A DNA stretch of 63,973 nucleotides, counting the filler, from Perkinsus olseni (taxonomy: Eukaryota), in NCBI GenBank assembly GCA_013115125.1. It is 4 parts of 4 records of this genome, joined end to end, with 100 filler letters (N's around TTAATTAATTAA, not from the genome) between each part and the next. Parts side by side here need not be neighbours in the genome. Positions count along the whole stretch, not along the records: positions 34,379 to 51,424 come from JABANN010000658.1; positions 51,525 to 63,973 come from JABANN010000791.1; 2 more parts are not named here. One strand, given 5' to 3'. The translations under genes were made by a program, and so were the position numbers. Position 1 is the stretch's first letter. Every line of letters starts with the position of its first letter. The notes under the pieces were generated by a model, which was not told the DNA's origin, did no database searches, and saw only the letters and a list, made by a program, of their open reading frames with translations. Shown here one piece after another: positions 38,501 to 51,599 of this stretch.

Positions 38501-41500
38501 GGTCGTCAGGCACTCACATTGTGGGGAGGGGCTTCGGGGACGGCGAAGTCGACGGAGGATGGTATTGAGGCCAAGGCTGTGACCATGGAACTGTAACAGG
38601 CGTACTTAGCTATGAGTATTGCAGATCTTTGCGGGTGGTTGGGTTAGGTACCAGCCTGACCCAGGATTCCCAATGACGCTGCCGCGGCCAGAGATGTCGA
38701 ATTGCGAGATGTCCATGACGGGGCTATCGGCAACAATACAGTTTGACAGTGTTACTCTGATGGGAGCGAAATGCAAGGATATCGATTATGATGGTATACC
38801 GGATGTTATCGACTACGGCTACGAGGTAGTGGTTGAAGGCTGCTGCTACTGCTGGCTGATGATGTTGTCCGTGCAGGTCACTTCACATGTGTCGGCGAAG
38901 ACATGCTTTGCGGATGCCTCGTTCCAGTATCTTGAGGGAGCTACTTGCGCATTCATCCAGAAAGATCAGATAGAGGTGACTGCTTTGAAACTTTTAGGGG
39001 GTGTTGATGGTACCTTCATCATCAGATTATCCTCGATAAGAGCAGTACCCTAACCTTTGGACATACGCTGTGTATTCGCCCGGATTTTGTGTGTCGAACG
39101 CAGAACGACCAATGGAGTGCGTACAGCACTGGATGCTGCAAGGTAGTGAAGTTGGGCCATACTGGTAACTACTCCTCCCCTTTCGAATGCCGCTTGGTGT
39201 CCCTTCAACTGCCTGTCACCAGCGTTGTGGGGAGCATGGGTATGGTTCGGGATGCCAGGTACAAGTGCCATCGGATTTGGTGCCGCCAAAGCCTAATCTT
39301 CGGGCGGATCCGTCGCTTGTTGTGGACGTATGTGCGGACGTCACTCTGGACTTCGGCGATACGCAGTTCTGCGGGTAAGTTCGGAAGTTCTTAAAGGCCT
39401 AGGTGATTTCGCGGCGCGCGGTTTTTCAGACGGAAGTGTACATACGTGTGGAAGCTAGACTCTGTGACAGCGCTCTCCGCCGTAGCCGCAGGGGAGACGT
39501 CGGGTGACATGGCAGTCGATGATACGACTACCGCCGAGGCCGTGGATCGCATCAACGAGGTCCTGGCGGAAGCCAACCTCAACAACGCCTTCTCGGTCAC
39601 GTTACACGCGGACATACTGGCTAAGGCTTCCTACCATCTATTCGAGGTTGACGTGACGAGTGCGTGGGCGCTGACGACCAAGGAGAAGTTCACAGTTCAC
39701 AAGCTGGCGGATTCGGCTCCCACGGTGACCATCGTTGGTGAACTTAAGATCGGGGTGTATCGTAATCGAGAGTACTTCCTCAACGCGGTTGGCAAGGCGT
39801 CGCAGTGCGCATCGGCTGAGACCGTGCTCGGCTATCGGTGGGCCTTCTCCAATTGCTCAGTGGACTTGGCCAATGTTGATACCATACAGAACCAGAATCG
39901 TCTCAGGGTGCCTGCGGGTACGCATAAATGCCCAGACTCGGTTCTCTGGTATGAAAATGATTTTGATGCGGCTGCGTGCGAGGTGTGCAGTGTCGTTGTG
40001 GAAGTTTTCCTGGTGAACAACCCGAGCAAGAAGTCTCATCAGACGATGAGCGTCTACCTGTTGAAGTCGGATTTGGTCCCGAAGTGTCACAATCCTGACT
40101 TCAGCAAGATACAGAAGGGCCTTACGCTGTATGTTAACTGTGGTAACACAGAGGATCCTGACGATATCCACTCCGGCGTTTTCAAAGGCAATTTCAAGTG
40201 GAAGTGCAGAAGCGGGTCGACTCTGTTGCCGTGCTTTGGCGAGACGCCGGAGTTCAGCGAGGGTATCAAAACCTGCGTCCAGGACTACACAGTTGATCGC
40301 TATGTCGGCGATGGCGGCGTGCTTTACCCACAAATTGCTTTCGAGGATCGTCAAATGTTCTGCCGTGTCGGTCGAGGGACTGTTGCCATCAATACGGCGC
40401 TGATGGATACCGGGAACTACACGTTCGGTATGGAGGTCACGCACTTCGACAACAAACGGTCTACTATGAAGGAGGTCGATGTGGAATTGACGAGTTATGA
40501 GCTGCCGAAGATCAACTTAGAGTTGATAAGTGCACACTACGAGAGGTTCCCGGTTGGCAAGGCGTTGAAGGTTCAAGGGACGCACAATTTGGACCCTGAG
40601 AGGTATCCAGATGTTACGTATTCGTGGTCACTGTTGGAAAGGCAACGGAACCTGGATTACGATCCTGACCAAGCTGAGCAGTACGAAGAGCAGGGTCTCA
40701 CTTATCCGATACCAGAGTTCGCTTATGTTAAGGTCGACCTCTTGTCGCAGTGCACCAACGAGGGTACTGCCAAGTGGACCTCGACGAGCCCGACAATTAC
40801 TATTGGACCGGACTGTCTGAAGCTGAAAACTCAGTATACTCTTCGTCTCACTGTCATATGGACTACTGAGGTCGATGGTACTGATATGACCTTGGATTCC
40901 TTCGCGGACATCAGGGTGGCTACGGCCAGTGGACCACCGACGAAGGGTAAGTTCATCGTGAAGGTTAGAGGCGAAGACGGCAGTGAGACGGCAGAGACAG
41001 GCTGCGAGTTGGAGAGGATATTCAGTGCGGAGGAGTGGATTTCTGAGGATACGCCGCTGAGGTTCCGTTTTGGCTATATAGTTGATGACAGTCATGCCCT
41101 AGACGCAGTGAACGACGAATTCCTGATACAGGACGCTGTGAAGTACTGGTTGACGGATGCGCCGCAACCAGTGAGAACTCAGACAGGCTTGGTACAGTGT
41201 GGGAAGGAGGAGTTTGACTACAGGCGAATAGTATTCGTTTATATCGAGAACTCTGCGGGGGAGCATGTGTACAAGTTCCAGGAGATCGTGGCGACTCCTC
41301 CTGAAAATCCTGCGGCAGCCGCGGCTGCTATTCTCGAGGAGGCAAGCGGCCAGGCGGCCTCCAATCCAGAGAATACCATCACTCTCTACATGGCGGCTTT
41401 GGGGATCCTCTCGGAGGCGAGCGAGGAGGAGAAGACTGACACGACTGACAAGATTCTAGACTCGGTTTCTGCCACCGAGTGCATTTCGCCCGAGTGCGGT

Positions 41501-44500
41501 GAGAGGCGAATGGTATTCCTCAACAACGTGGCGAAATCTGTGACTATGAGCGATAAACTACAGGATGTGTTGCTGGTGTCGATGGAGGACAACATAGACC
41601 GCATCGAGGAGTCCGCAGCAGAGCTTACTGACCAGCAGAGCTTCACGCTATTCGAAGGTATCAGCGCTATCCTCGTCGGGCCGTTGTTCAACCTCCTGGG
41701 CGGGTTCGGTCTTCGTCCCCGTCGACTAACACCACATGCCACCGTTGCACTGAAACCTGTACTTCGGCCCGTGTATCCTGATGGATATGATGATACTGTG
41801 GGGGAGGTTGTTGATCCAATCGGCTATGAGGAGGGCACTTCGAGGCGCCTTAGCGGGCGCCATCATCCGAGCCCAGGCCTGGGTGAGAGTGTTGTATCGA
41901 ACTGCCGTGAACCGTTCTGTGACAGAGTTGGTCTGAAGTGCATGAAGGGCTTCGGCGACTGGGGAGACCGCCACCATTCGCTGGTGTGCTGTTCCGAGCA
42001 TAACCCGACGACCAGCTGTTACGAGCCGCCTTGTTGGTTCTATGGGCGTGAGTGCAGCGCGGCAACATACGCAGTCCACTCCGTTATGGCGGAGGAGGCT
42101 AAGTCCGTGGTGAGAGTGGGAGCTGGGTCTCGCAGGCGAACCTCGGAAGAAGGGCGCGTCCGTTGGTGGGACGACTGGGTGGATAGATTTGCTCGCGAAC
42201 CATTGGACAACATCCCCCTCGGATTTGATAGTTCTACGCATAAGAGTGGGTGGCAAACGCTGAGGGAGGGAAAGCACAATGGTAGACGGCGTATGGCAGC
42301 TGTGGATGGGGATTCCCACAGGCGTAGGCTGGTTGATGTCAAGGTGTCGCTTCGACAGAATCTCTCCCAGACGTATCAGCAAGCACTCCTCTCAGTGGCC
42401 GAGGGCGAGAGGACGGCTTTTGAGGCAACGAGGGCGTTGTACTTAGAAGCCGCGAGGGTTGAAGAGGCTAGGAGAGCAGAGGATGTTAAGTGGGAGATGT
42501 ATGTTAGTACTCTGAGTCCAGAGCTGCAAACGGCGATGCGCGAGAGGAAGCAGGAGCAAGCAGACTCTAAGGAGCGGGTGGCCTTCCAGGAACGACGAAA
42601 CACAAGTCAAATACTGACCAGGATCGAGGTCATTCGAGACACCATTGTCAAGCGTTTGATCAACCAGCTGGTCGCCAACGAGGACCCCAAGGTCTTTGAC
42701 GTCTCGGCCTTTACTATATACATCGGGAAGAGTACTGACCTTTCAGCGGTGCATCCTTCCTTTTCGATGCCGAGCAAGTATGTGGTACCCTCTAACTCCC
42801 CAGACAATCCGACGCCTGACAACCCCATCACGGGCTTCTCGTTCGAGTACGTTGAGTATAAGATGGACCCTAGGAGCTGGTCCATCAGCAGCCCTGTGAG
42901 CAGTGAGCGTGCTATGGTCACGCTACTGGTCATGAAAGCCAACCCGGACCTTACACTCACCACAAGCATTGATGACGACCCTATACGTGTCTTCTCCGAT
43001 AGGGACCTTTATTCTGAGGCTCTGTGTACGTACTGGGACCGTTTTGCCCCCAACACGGCTGGAGGTTCATGGACTAGCCAGGGTAACCTGAACGATGGGC
43101 AAGGATGCCTTGTCACCCGGGCTGGTGACATCGGCCTTTTCGTGGACGGCGATGTTCCTGAGTTCGGCACGATGGCAGTCGCTGCGGACCTTCCCTTCTT
43201 GCAGAGGGCGCCGCCCGCCGATCGGTTCTTCGTGCTCAGCATATTGGGCTTCACCTCGGTGCTCGTGATAATGCTCTCTTTCTGGGGTTACAAGTTCGAC
43301 GAGAGTATGCGTGATGACCAAAGGCGTGGAAGAGCAGCTCTTACCCCGTACCATCTGGACGGCGACGGTATCTCCTCCCCGCTGACGATCGTCGACCCCA
43401 TCGCTTATGACTACGTGTCTAGCGAGAAGGGCAAGCGGGAGAAGTTCCTACTTATCACATTTTGGAACGTACTTAGACATGAGAGCGTCGTGCTGGCTCC
43501 TTTCTACTACTCGGAGAGCTTCACGCGACCTCAGCGTCTTTTGTGCGCCTTGACAATGCTGTCCGGCATCATGGGTGTCACCTCTCTGATATACGGCACG
43601 CCTAACACCCTGGCCTCCTCTACTCAGTTCGTGGCGACGGGCATACTGTCGGCCTTGGTGGTGTATCCTGCCTACTGTGCGGTGTACCTGATGTTCTCGA
43701 TGCGACCTACACCCTATCGGCGACGCATCATCAAGAAGAAGACCGCCAATGACGACCGGCATAGGATTCATGATGCTATCAGACTGCAAGAGGCTGAGTC
43801 ATCAGGCATACCGAGGTCGGTCATCCAGGGAGGCGTCCCGGCTTTGGGTTCTATCACCTCACCCTACAAACCACTGGTGGGCGGCCTACCTGCCCTTCCG
43901 CCAATTCCAAGCCATGCTCCTCCAAGTTTGCCGGTGGCCGGGCTGGCTATAGAGGAAGGGAAACCAGCAGCGCCCCCACCTAGGATGACTGAGACTCCAC
44001 AGCCGCCACCGCAAGCACTTTTGCCGCCCATTTATTTCGGAGGCGCTCCTGGTGGTCCGAAGGCTCCAGCTGCTCTCCCGCCAAATCTGGCGAGCCGGGC
44101 GCTGCCGCCCCCTGCTCCCCCTCCGCTTTGGACGGGTGGAGGCCCACCATCAGAAAGCGGTTCTGGATCGGTACGCAGTGCTGCGCTGCCCCCTCCGCCT
44201 AAGATGACGCCACCGCAAAGACCACCATCCTCGGGAGTGACAGCTCCACCACCACTTCCTGGCGGGTTGCCGAGCGGGGCCTCTACGCCAAGGGCGATGA
44301 CTCCTCCCCCACCCCCACCACCAGTGAAGGTACCTCCGCCCACGGTAGGGGCTCCTGGGGGATCACCGAGGTCAGGAGATGCAGTCAGTTTCGGCGCTCC
44401 TTCTAGCGGGAGGAGTTCGCCACCCCTCACACCGAAAAGAGCTAGCGAGATTACTCCCGCTGCCCCGGTTGCTTCAGCTGGAGGGAAATCGCCGCCTCCG

Positions 44501-45938
44501 CCTCCGGTCAAGCGAGGAGGCTCTAGTGCCGCTCCGACGCCGCCCCGTGCTGTTGGGACACCCCCTCCACCTCCAGCTAGGCCTGGTAGCAGTACCCCTC
44601 CTGTATTAGAGCCCGAGCCCAAGCACGGTATGGCACCTCCCCCTCCCCCGCCGCCGCCCCGCGCTATGGACGACATGGCTTTGGCAATACCACACCCGCC
44701 GACGCCTCCACTCCCACCGGTCATGCCAGTTGGGCCATTGGCGATGGTCCCGATTGGTTATCCACCGGCCGTAGGTTTCGGCCCCCCTCCTAAGCCCCCT
44801 GTGTCGGCGATGGCTGCCCCTCCGGCTCCCCCTGCACCACCTACTGAGGACGTGAGCTCCTTCATCCGTCGGGTAAAGCTTGTCTATTTGGACAGAGTCC
44901 AACAAGAACATCAGAAACAGTCGATGAGGGAACAACGAGATCTCTTCAAGCCCATCCCGGAATGGGTCTACACCGCCGTCCTCGCATTGCCGTACCTAGC
45001 GTGCATAGCGTGGTGCATGGCCTGCTTCTTCATAGTCCTCACTTACTCCCTCAAGTTCAGCGAGGAGACGGAGGCGTTGTGGTACAAGGCAGTCATCGTG
45101 GCCGTGGCGGCATCAGTGTTCGTGTTGGATGTGGTCCGGTCATTAGTGAATATGATAGTCGAAGTGCGTAAGTTCGAGATCCGTCGCCGGAACAAGAAAG
45201 GAGAGTTCAATCAGAGAAAGGTTCGACCTATGGGTCGTGACGAGGAGGAGCATCTACCGGCCTTCCTTCGCACCAAGCCGAAGAGGTCCCAGCCCAAAAC
45301 TGCCCCCTTCCCGCCGTCCGTGGAGCGTCGTCGCCTCAGTGGCATGCGTACTGAAGATGGCATGCAGTTGCCAGTTGGGCCCCCACTGCCGGGGATCAAG
45401 GACGGCACTCCAGCCTGGGGTACGCCGTCCCCTAGCTCCCCGGCATCTACTGCACGTGATGTACCGCGGTTGCCTCCTATTGCTGCGCCACCCCTGTCGC
45501 GGAGCTCCTCCATCGTCGGCTCTGGTCGAGGCAGTCTTCCGAGATCTGTATCACCAGCAGGGGCTCGAACCCCACCATCGGTCATCGGATCCGCCCATGG
45601 TGTGAGTCGAGCGCTGCCGAGAGGCTCCTTCGTAGCACCCCCGCCACTGCCGGGCCAGCTGGCATCAGCTCGATCGTCGAGAGCGAGTTCTCCGAGGAGC
45701 CGCGTACCGACGCCGCCTTTGTCAGCGCGGTCGGCTCACAGCGGGAGTAGAGTTCCGACGCCAAATCTCTCGGACAGGATTAGAATGGGTAGGCCGCAGT
45801 GTATCGGTTTTTTGGCTCGTTGAATCATTAGTTTTTTCAGAGGCCGATCGATCTACTACTCCTCCTCCTCCACCACCGAGATCCAGATCGAACTCGCGTC
45901 AGATTAGGTCGCCAAGCTCTCGGGCTTCTCCAAGGTGA
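35529..45938 (+). CDS. Giant polycystin-1/PKDREJ-like membrane protein (WSC-like exon, REJ-like region, degenerate GPS, ~5 TM, polyproline loop). The 5' end and linkage of the upstream exons are uncertain.
   Basis: WSC-like SIGCYK...YTPRECWVMC; a single ~6.36-kb exon (39430-45788) with REJ-like motifs (YRWAFS, YSWSLL, WISEDTPLRFRFGY); GPS-like CTYWD...W..QG; PKD1-type FTRPQRLLCAL; last exon 45841-45938. Confidence 0.72.
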
Positions 45939-46054
45939 ATAACGATGAAGCGTGTTGTGATAACATGATACAATTCTTGTTGACGTTCGTTGTAACAACC
46001 GATTCCGAGTTTGGCTCTGGGTAAACCGCGATGAAGTTTCTCTTGTTTTCACAC

Positions 46055-46656
46055 ATGTGTCGACCAGCGGCATCGAACAGCGAATCTACAGCTGATGAGA
46101 GTCTCCCGATGAAAGAGCAGCTGCCTGTCATCGCGGCTGTGGAGGTGGCTAAGCACAATAAGAAGACCGATTGTTGGGTCGTGCTTCACGGTGGTGTTTA
46201 CAATGTCACCGATTTCCTCTCCGAGCATCCAGGCGGTCCTGGGGTGAGCATCTAGTCGTATTCGTTCTAGCATTGTCGCACCGCCGGTCCTTACAAGTTA
46301 ACGAGTGGCTGAGTCAGGTCATACTTAGCTCCGGAGGCAAAGATGTGACCGATCACTACGAGGAGATCGGCCATTCCGACTTTGCAAGGCGAATCGCTGC
46401 CGAGCACAAGATAGGCATCCTCGAGGGATGTGAGGACGTAGGCTGATAATTTCCAGCCGTTGTACGGTGTACAGCTTGATTGGTAGGCCCACTGTATCCC
46501 CACCTTAGCAGAGGCGAGCATGTCAAGTACTTTAATGGGCTCGGGGGTGCTGCCTTGGATGCTCGCCGCCATTGCTGTCGCCGCGGCCTACCTTGTGAGT
46601 GCGCCTGTGGGCCGCTATGAGTCGAAAGCGTCTTTCGTTAGGCATTCTTCCAGTAA
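46055..46656 (+). CDS. Cytochrome b5 (tail-anchored), multi-exon, start approximate
   Basis: [31 protein letters not shown] and [15 protein letters not shown], with a C-terminal TM segment. Confidence 0.9.
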
Positions 46657-47041
46657 CCGGGGATGCTCTACCCCATTCGAGTCGAATGGCAAAGGATTCG
46701 ACCTCCAGGGCGCGCGCTTCCGCCTGGGAAACCTTGAAACGCTTGCCAAGGATTCCCTTTCACAAATCGATTGTATTGAGTCTTCTCATCAGTGTTTGTC
46801 GCGTTGTATGTGAGTCAATGATGCCTCTAGACCACGACTCTGCCTCGGTGTGATTGCTCGAGGGATTCTCGTGCTCGCCGTGGTGACCCGCATGTCGTTC
46901 TCCGCGGATCCTGTTCGGATTCATGTTGATTTTTGCTATTCAAATCCTGCAGAGGCGATTGGACCCTGCCGTCTTCGCTCATGGTACGCTTACTAGATCA
47001 CATCATCACTCGAATATGTTCGTAGTTTTTATTATCGCTCA

Positions 47042-47791
47042 ATGACTTACGAAGCTCCTCACTTGAAGATCAGCGAGGGTGATATCCATCCGGTTGTGCT
47101 GGTCGTTGGAGATCCCTTCCGTGCCGAGATCCTGGCTACGAAATTCTGTGACACCTTCAAGGAGCTCTCGTTCAACCGTGAGTACCGCTCCTACAACGTC
47201 GAGTTTGAAGGCGCCAAGCTCAGCATCTGTTCCCACGGAATCGGGGGACCTGGTGCTCTGATATGCTTCGAGGAGCTCATCAAGTGTGGCGCTAAGACTA
47301 TTATAAGATTGGGGACCTGTGGCTCCCTCAAACCTGACACCATCAAGACTGGTGACCTCGTGGTCAGTACAGGTGCCTGCCGTGAAGATGGTGTTACTCA
47401 ATATCTGGTCCCGAGTGGCTTCCCGGCAATCTCTGACCCTCCGATATCTCTTGCTCTGCGCGACACCGCTAAAAGCATGGGAATTGACAACTGTCATTTG
47501 GGTATAACATTAAGCTCGGCCTTATTCTATGCTGGGCCATGTGAGGAAACTTCCTGGGTGAAAAACGCCACTGCCGGCGCTTTGTCTATTGAGATGGAGA
47601 ACGCTCCTTTGTTCACGATAGCCTCTCTGAGATCAATCCGCGCAGCCGCTATTGGTACTGTTGACGGATCGCCACTGAGATGGGACCAGGGTGACTACGA
47701 TCCGCACGGAGAAGCCTGCAAGAAGGGCAAAGAGAATATGTTCGCTATTGGATTGTCTGTCGCTAAACGAGTCGCTAGCGGCGAACTTTGA
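47042..47791 (+). CDS. PNP: Purine nucleoside phosphorylase / uridine phosphorylase (hexameric NP-I family)
   Basis: Motifs VGDPFRA, NREY, SHGIGGPG, IRLGTCGSL and EMENA; intronless, 249 aa. Confidence 0.9.
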   Translation: MTYEAPHLKISEGDIHPVVLVVGDPFRAEILATKFCDTFKELSFNREYRSYNVEFEGAKLSICSHGIGGPGALICFEELIKCGAKTIIRLGTCGSLKPDTIKTGDLVVSTGACREDGVTQYLVPSGFPAISDPPISLALRDTAKSMGIDNCHLGITLSSALFYAGPCEETSWVKNATAGALSIEMENAPLFTIASLRSIRAAAIGTVDGSPLRWDQGDYDPHGEACKKGKENMFAIGLSVAKRVASGEL

Positions 47792-48012
47792 TCGTGGTCG
47801 TTCTCCAGCTCCTTGTCTCTCTTGATATAATTACCTGCTCACTTTTCTATATAGAGCACTAATGGGTGAGGCGCCATCTGCGTATGGTAGACTATTCTTT
47901 GCTTGTCGAAAGTCCGTTGATCTGCTACCGGTGATATGGTCAGGTCTGTGTTGTCAATCATTGGGTTCGGGGTTCACTAGTCATATGCTAATCACTCATA
48001 GAATTAGCCATC

Positions 48013-50660
48013 ATGTCTGAAGAGGAGGATGCTGAGCTCCGAGAGGGCGACTCTACGGTGGATGGTGGTACCTCGGAGAATGTTTACACGTGGACCCAGA
48101 AGTGGGCTACTATACAGGTGATTCGACGGGCTTCCGTGGGCATCCGACGACAGGGAGCTTCCAGGCCCACCGGTGCACTGGACGCTGACCCTCTGGTGAT
48201 CTGCATTTAGATGCAATTGAAGCAGCTACATCGTGAGTGTGACGAGCTTCTAGGATCAAGCCGAACTTCGAACCCGAAGAAGGTCGGGTTGTATGAGTCA
48301 GGATGCTCTTAGCATCATCCACTCGCCTCTGGATCAGTTTGGCCTCACGAACGCAGAGTTGGCGGATCTGCGCGACGAGAACAAATGTTTAGAATTGGCG
48401 TTCGACAAGTGGGATGACGACCTCTACCGCACCTTGTCTGTCATTCGTGCCAAGGTAGTAGTGGGGGTAGTTCCGGGCTTGACAGCACTAGAGTAGTGAA
48501 TGGCGTTAGACGAAGGAGGCTGGACCAGGTTTATAAGTCCTCCGTTGATCGGATACGTCCACGTTATTCAGGAAGCAAGAGTTTGCTAGGTTCGCGAGTT
48601 CACCTCTAACGCTGAGAACCTTCCGGAGCAGACGCTGCGGAAGTCTGCTCTTGAGTTGGAGCATCGCATCACTAGGTAGAGCTACTAGGCCGCTAGATTG
48701 AAGTGTATGGAGTTACCGCTGAAGATACAAATCCCAGCAGAAGGTGGATTTCGATAGTATAATGGCAGAGGAGGAGCGGCTCAGTAGCCTGATGGAGAAC
48801 GCTTCGAGGCGATTCTCGAAGTGGCAACAAGTATCACATCTTTTTTCACGTGTATGGAATCAGTGAAGGAAGCTCTCTCAGAGTTCTTTCCTTACCTCGA
48901 GTCCGAAGAAGTACAATCCCGCGGCGTACCAGTCCTGTGGTGGGCGACCGGAGGAAGACCCCAGGCTAGAAGAGATTAGAAAAGCCATCATGAAAATAGC
49001 TGACCAAATCGAGTAGTGTTCTGAGCATCGGCCGATGTGAGGCTGTTGTGGCTGACAGTCACGAGGGAGGCAGGACGGGCGGCTGGAGCACGGCGGATCA
49101 CGAAGCTTTCCTGAAAGTAGTTGGCGAGTGTTGTTAGAAGTCACATTCGAGTCGAATGATTCGGCAGAGCGTGGGGTGATTTTGAGCACAGACTCGCTAA
49201 TTCATCATTTCTCTTACTCTGACCTTTGGCTTACAGAAGCAACAGGAGGTGGTGGGTAGGTAGTGACTGGCTGTCCCGGACGGCAGCCTGAGGGACTGCT
49301 CAGAGAGCAAGTCATGGACAAAATTATTCGGAAGTTGCCGAGCCAACTGGGCCACGACGAGGTTAAGGAACACATCGACTGGTGCTACGGCTTGCTCGGT
49401 CAGCTCACGATGATTGGTCCAAGTGACATTGCGTAGGTGGGGCCGATACAATGAGCTGGAAGCAGATAAAAAGGCGTTGATGGAGCGATACCGGGAGAGG
49501 AAGGAACTGTGGCAGAGAAAGCAAGGCGACGACCATGAAGTATGCGGCGAGTCTTGGCGAGGGCAGATCAGCCCACGGGCCTTGCAAGTAGGCTGATTTG
49601 GCGGCGGAGCGACGGATGGCTGAGAAACGCAGAGCCGCCGAGGAAGCTGCTAGAGTGGAGAGGAAACGACTCATTGAACAGTGGAAGAAGGAAAAAGAGG
49701 AGGCTGCACGAAAGGTGAGAATATGATGTGATTCAACCGCCACGAGCTTGCTCCTTAGCGGGAAGAAGAAGCGGTGGCTTCTCGCGCCGTAACAAGTGGA
49801 CCAAACGTATCCGAGCTGGAGAGGCGGAGTAAAGAAAAACAGGTCGGTGAGAATTCGGCAGTACCCCTATATCTTGTAGCCCCTCCAATCAGCGTCTTTA
49901 CTTTTCAGCGCCTCACCGCGTACCGCGAGGAAAAGCTCCGCAGAGAGCAAGAAGAGCAGAGACTGAGGCGTGAGCGTGTACGTCGTTCAAGCGCGGAGTC
50001 TACTTCGCGATTAGCTGTGTTACAGGAAGCAACGGCCCGTCGTTGTCGATCCACGGAACGGCCACGGTTCGAGCAGAGGAACGCGGAAATCATCAGGGGA
50101 CTTACGAATGCCAGGGCGCAGCGGGAGGACTCGGAAATCAAAGCTCAGAGGAGAGAGCAAAAAGTACATCCGTACTGGGTGTGCTAGGAATCTCACAACT
50201 TCTGATTTGGAGCGACTCACAGTTGCGTTCGCCCCCCAGACAACCTCGGTGCTCGTGAGGCCTCATCAGTAGGTATTGGCGGTCTCCCACCAGATACTTT
50301 CGCAGCTTAGCGCCCCATATGAAACTGTGACGACAAGACTGTTTGATGCCACTGCCTCACAGAAACGGCGGATTAAGGCAAGGGAGGAAGAGAAGAAGGA
50401 GCAGACGGAACTGATGGACACAGAGAGAAAGAAACATGGTGAATATCAATCAAAACCTCATTAGGGGGTATGCGACTCACTTCGCTCCCGTACAGGCGTT
50501 GTAGTCGCCGAGAAGTTCGGCAAGGCCACTGGCTCGTTTGCAGGAAGCGTGATACACACGAAATTAACGTCCACGCCAGCGTGGCGACAACGCCTTTCCA
50601 CTCTGCCCATTTGGATAATTGTGACTCGCGTTCCAGGGCAGTGGAGCTCGCCTGCTTCTA
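48013..50660 (+). CDS. Coiled-coil protein, CCDC112-like, multi-exon, end approximate
   Basis: Peptides GGWSTADHEAFLK and HDEVKEHIDW..YNELEADKK, E/R/K-rich helices and a C-terminal PAWRQ. Confidence 0.55.
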
Positions 50661-50745
50661 AGCCGGTTCACGAAAGTCTTTCGCCGAAATCAACCAAGTC
50701 CCAACCGTTCCTCGAAGTCTACTCTACAATATTAGGCGCGACAGA

Positions 50746-50827
50746 GACAGCGTGTCCGAGTGGTTAAGGAGGTGGACTAGAAATCCACTGGGCTCTGCCC
50801 GCGCAGGTTCGAATCCTGCCGCTGTCG
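50746..50827 (+). tRNA. tRNA-Ser (anticodon AGA)
   Basis: GACAGCG...GTGGA-CT-AGA-AA-TCCAC...GTTCGAATCC...CGCTGTC-G; 82 nt with a long variable arm. Confidence 0.96.
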
Positions 50828-51133
50828 TATCATAGTCTTAGTAGAGCGCGGACGGGCACTTGGAAACATTCCATTAGTAAGCCGCTATGGTGCTTATCTT
50901 TTGCGGCGGCTCTCTACCTCCCATGAGGTTCTCCAGAGTAATCGCTCATCCTGACTGTCCATCATGGTTGCGTCCGCAGTGATCGCCATTTGTGCCACGT
51001 CTCGAACGGAGACGCTTGGAATCGAATGGACCCTGAGAAGATAGATGGGGACAAGCGAGAGGCGTGGTGAGGACCAATCAGAATCCCACTAACGAGTCAT
51101 TCACCTTTCAACTTTCACCCACAGACTCCGCGT

Positions 51134-51194
51134 GACATTAGCCGAGTGGTTAAGTCGAGGGCCGGTTAAGCCGTTTGGCTCTGCCCGCGAGAGT
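51134..51194 (+). pseudogene. Degenerate, 3'-truncated tRNA-Ser-like sequence
   Basis: Retains the D-arm (TAGCCGAGTGGTTAAG) and the variable arm (GGCTCTGCCCGCG); no T-arm. Confidence 0.55.
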
Positions 51195-51424
51195 ACAATT
51201 GTACATGTGTACCGATTGTACACATTCGTACAAGTGTGATCTCTACAGCACTGCGAATGCGGAGTTCATCTTACAATGTCTGGTGCGGCCGAGACAGCGT
51301 AAAGGTCGCCAAACAAGTCAGTGACTCAACTCATACAATTCCTGGAGTTTCATGATACCCTACACGAAACTTGTGTAGTGTAGAGTGGTGCAAACATTGG
51401 TCCGTGACGCGCTCGCCCAGGTGG

Positions 51425-51524
51425 NNNNNNNNNNNNNNNNNNNNNNNNNNNNNNNNNNNNNNNNNNNNTTAATTAATTAANNNNNNNNNNNNNNNNNNNN
51501 NNNNNNNNNNNNNNNNNNNNNNNN
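51425..51524. other. Artificial contig linker
   Basis: N44-TTAATTAATTAA-N44. Confidence 0.98.
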
Positions 51525-51591
<67 letters not shown>

Positions 51592-51592
51592 G
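51525..51592. repeat. (TTG)n microsatellite at the contig start
   Basis: About 22 perfect units. Confidence 0.98.
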
Positions 51593-51599
51593 ATGTTAG

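Noticed and set aside
44032-44724. Gly-rich minus-strand ORF
   Set aside because: It is the antisense shadow of the polyproline region.
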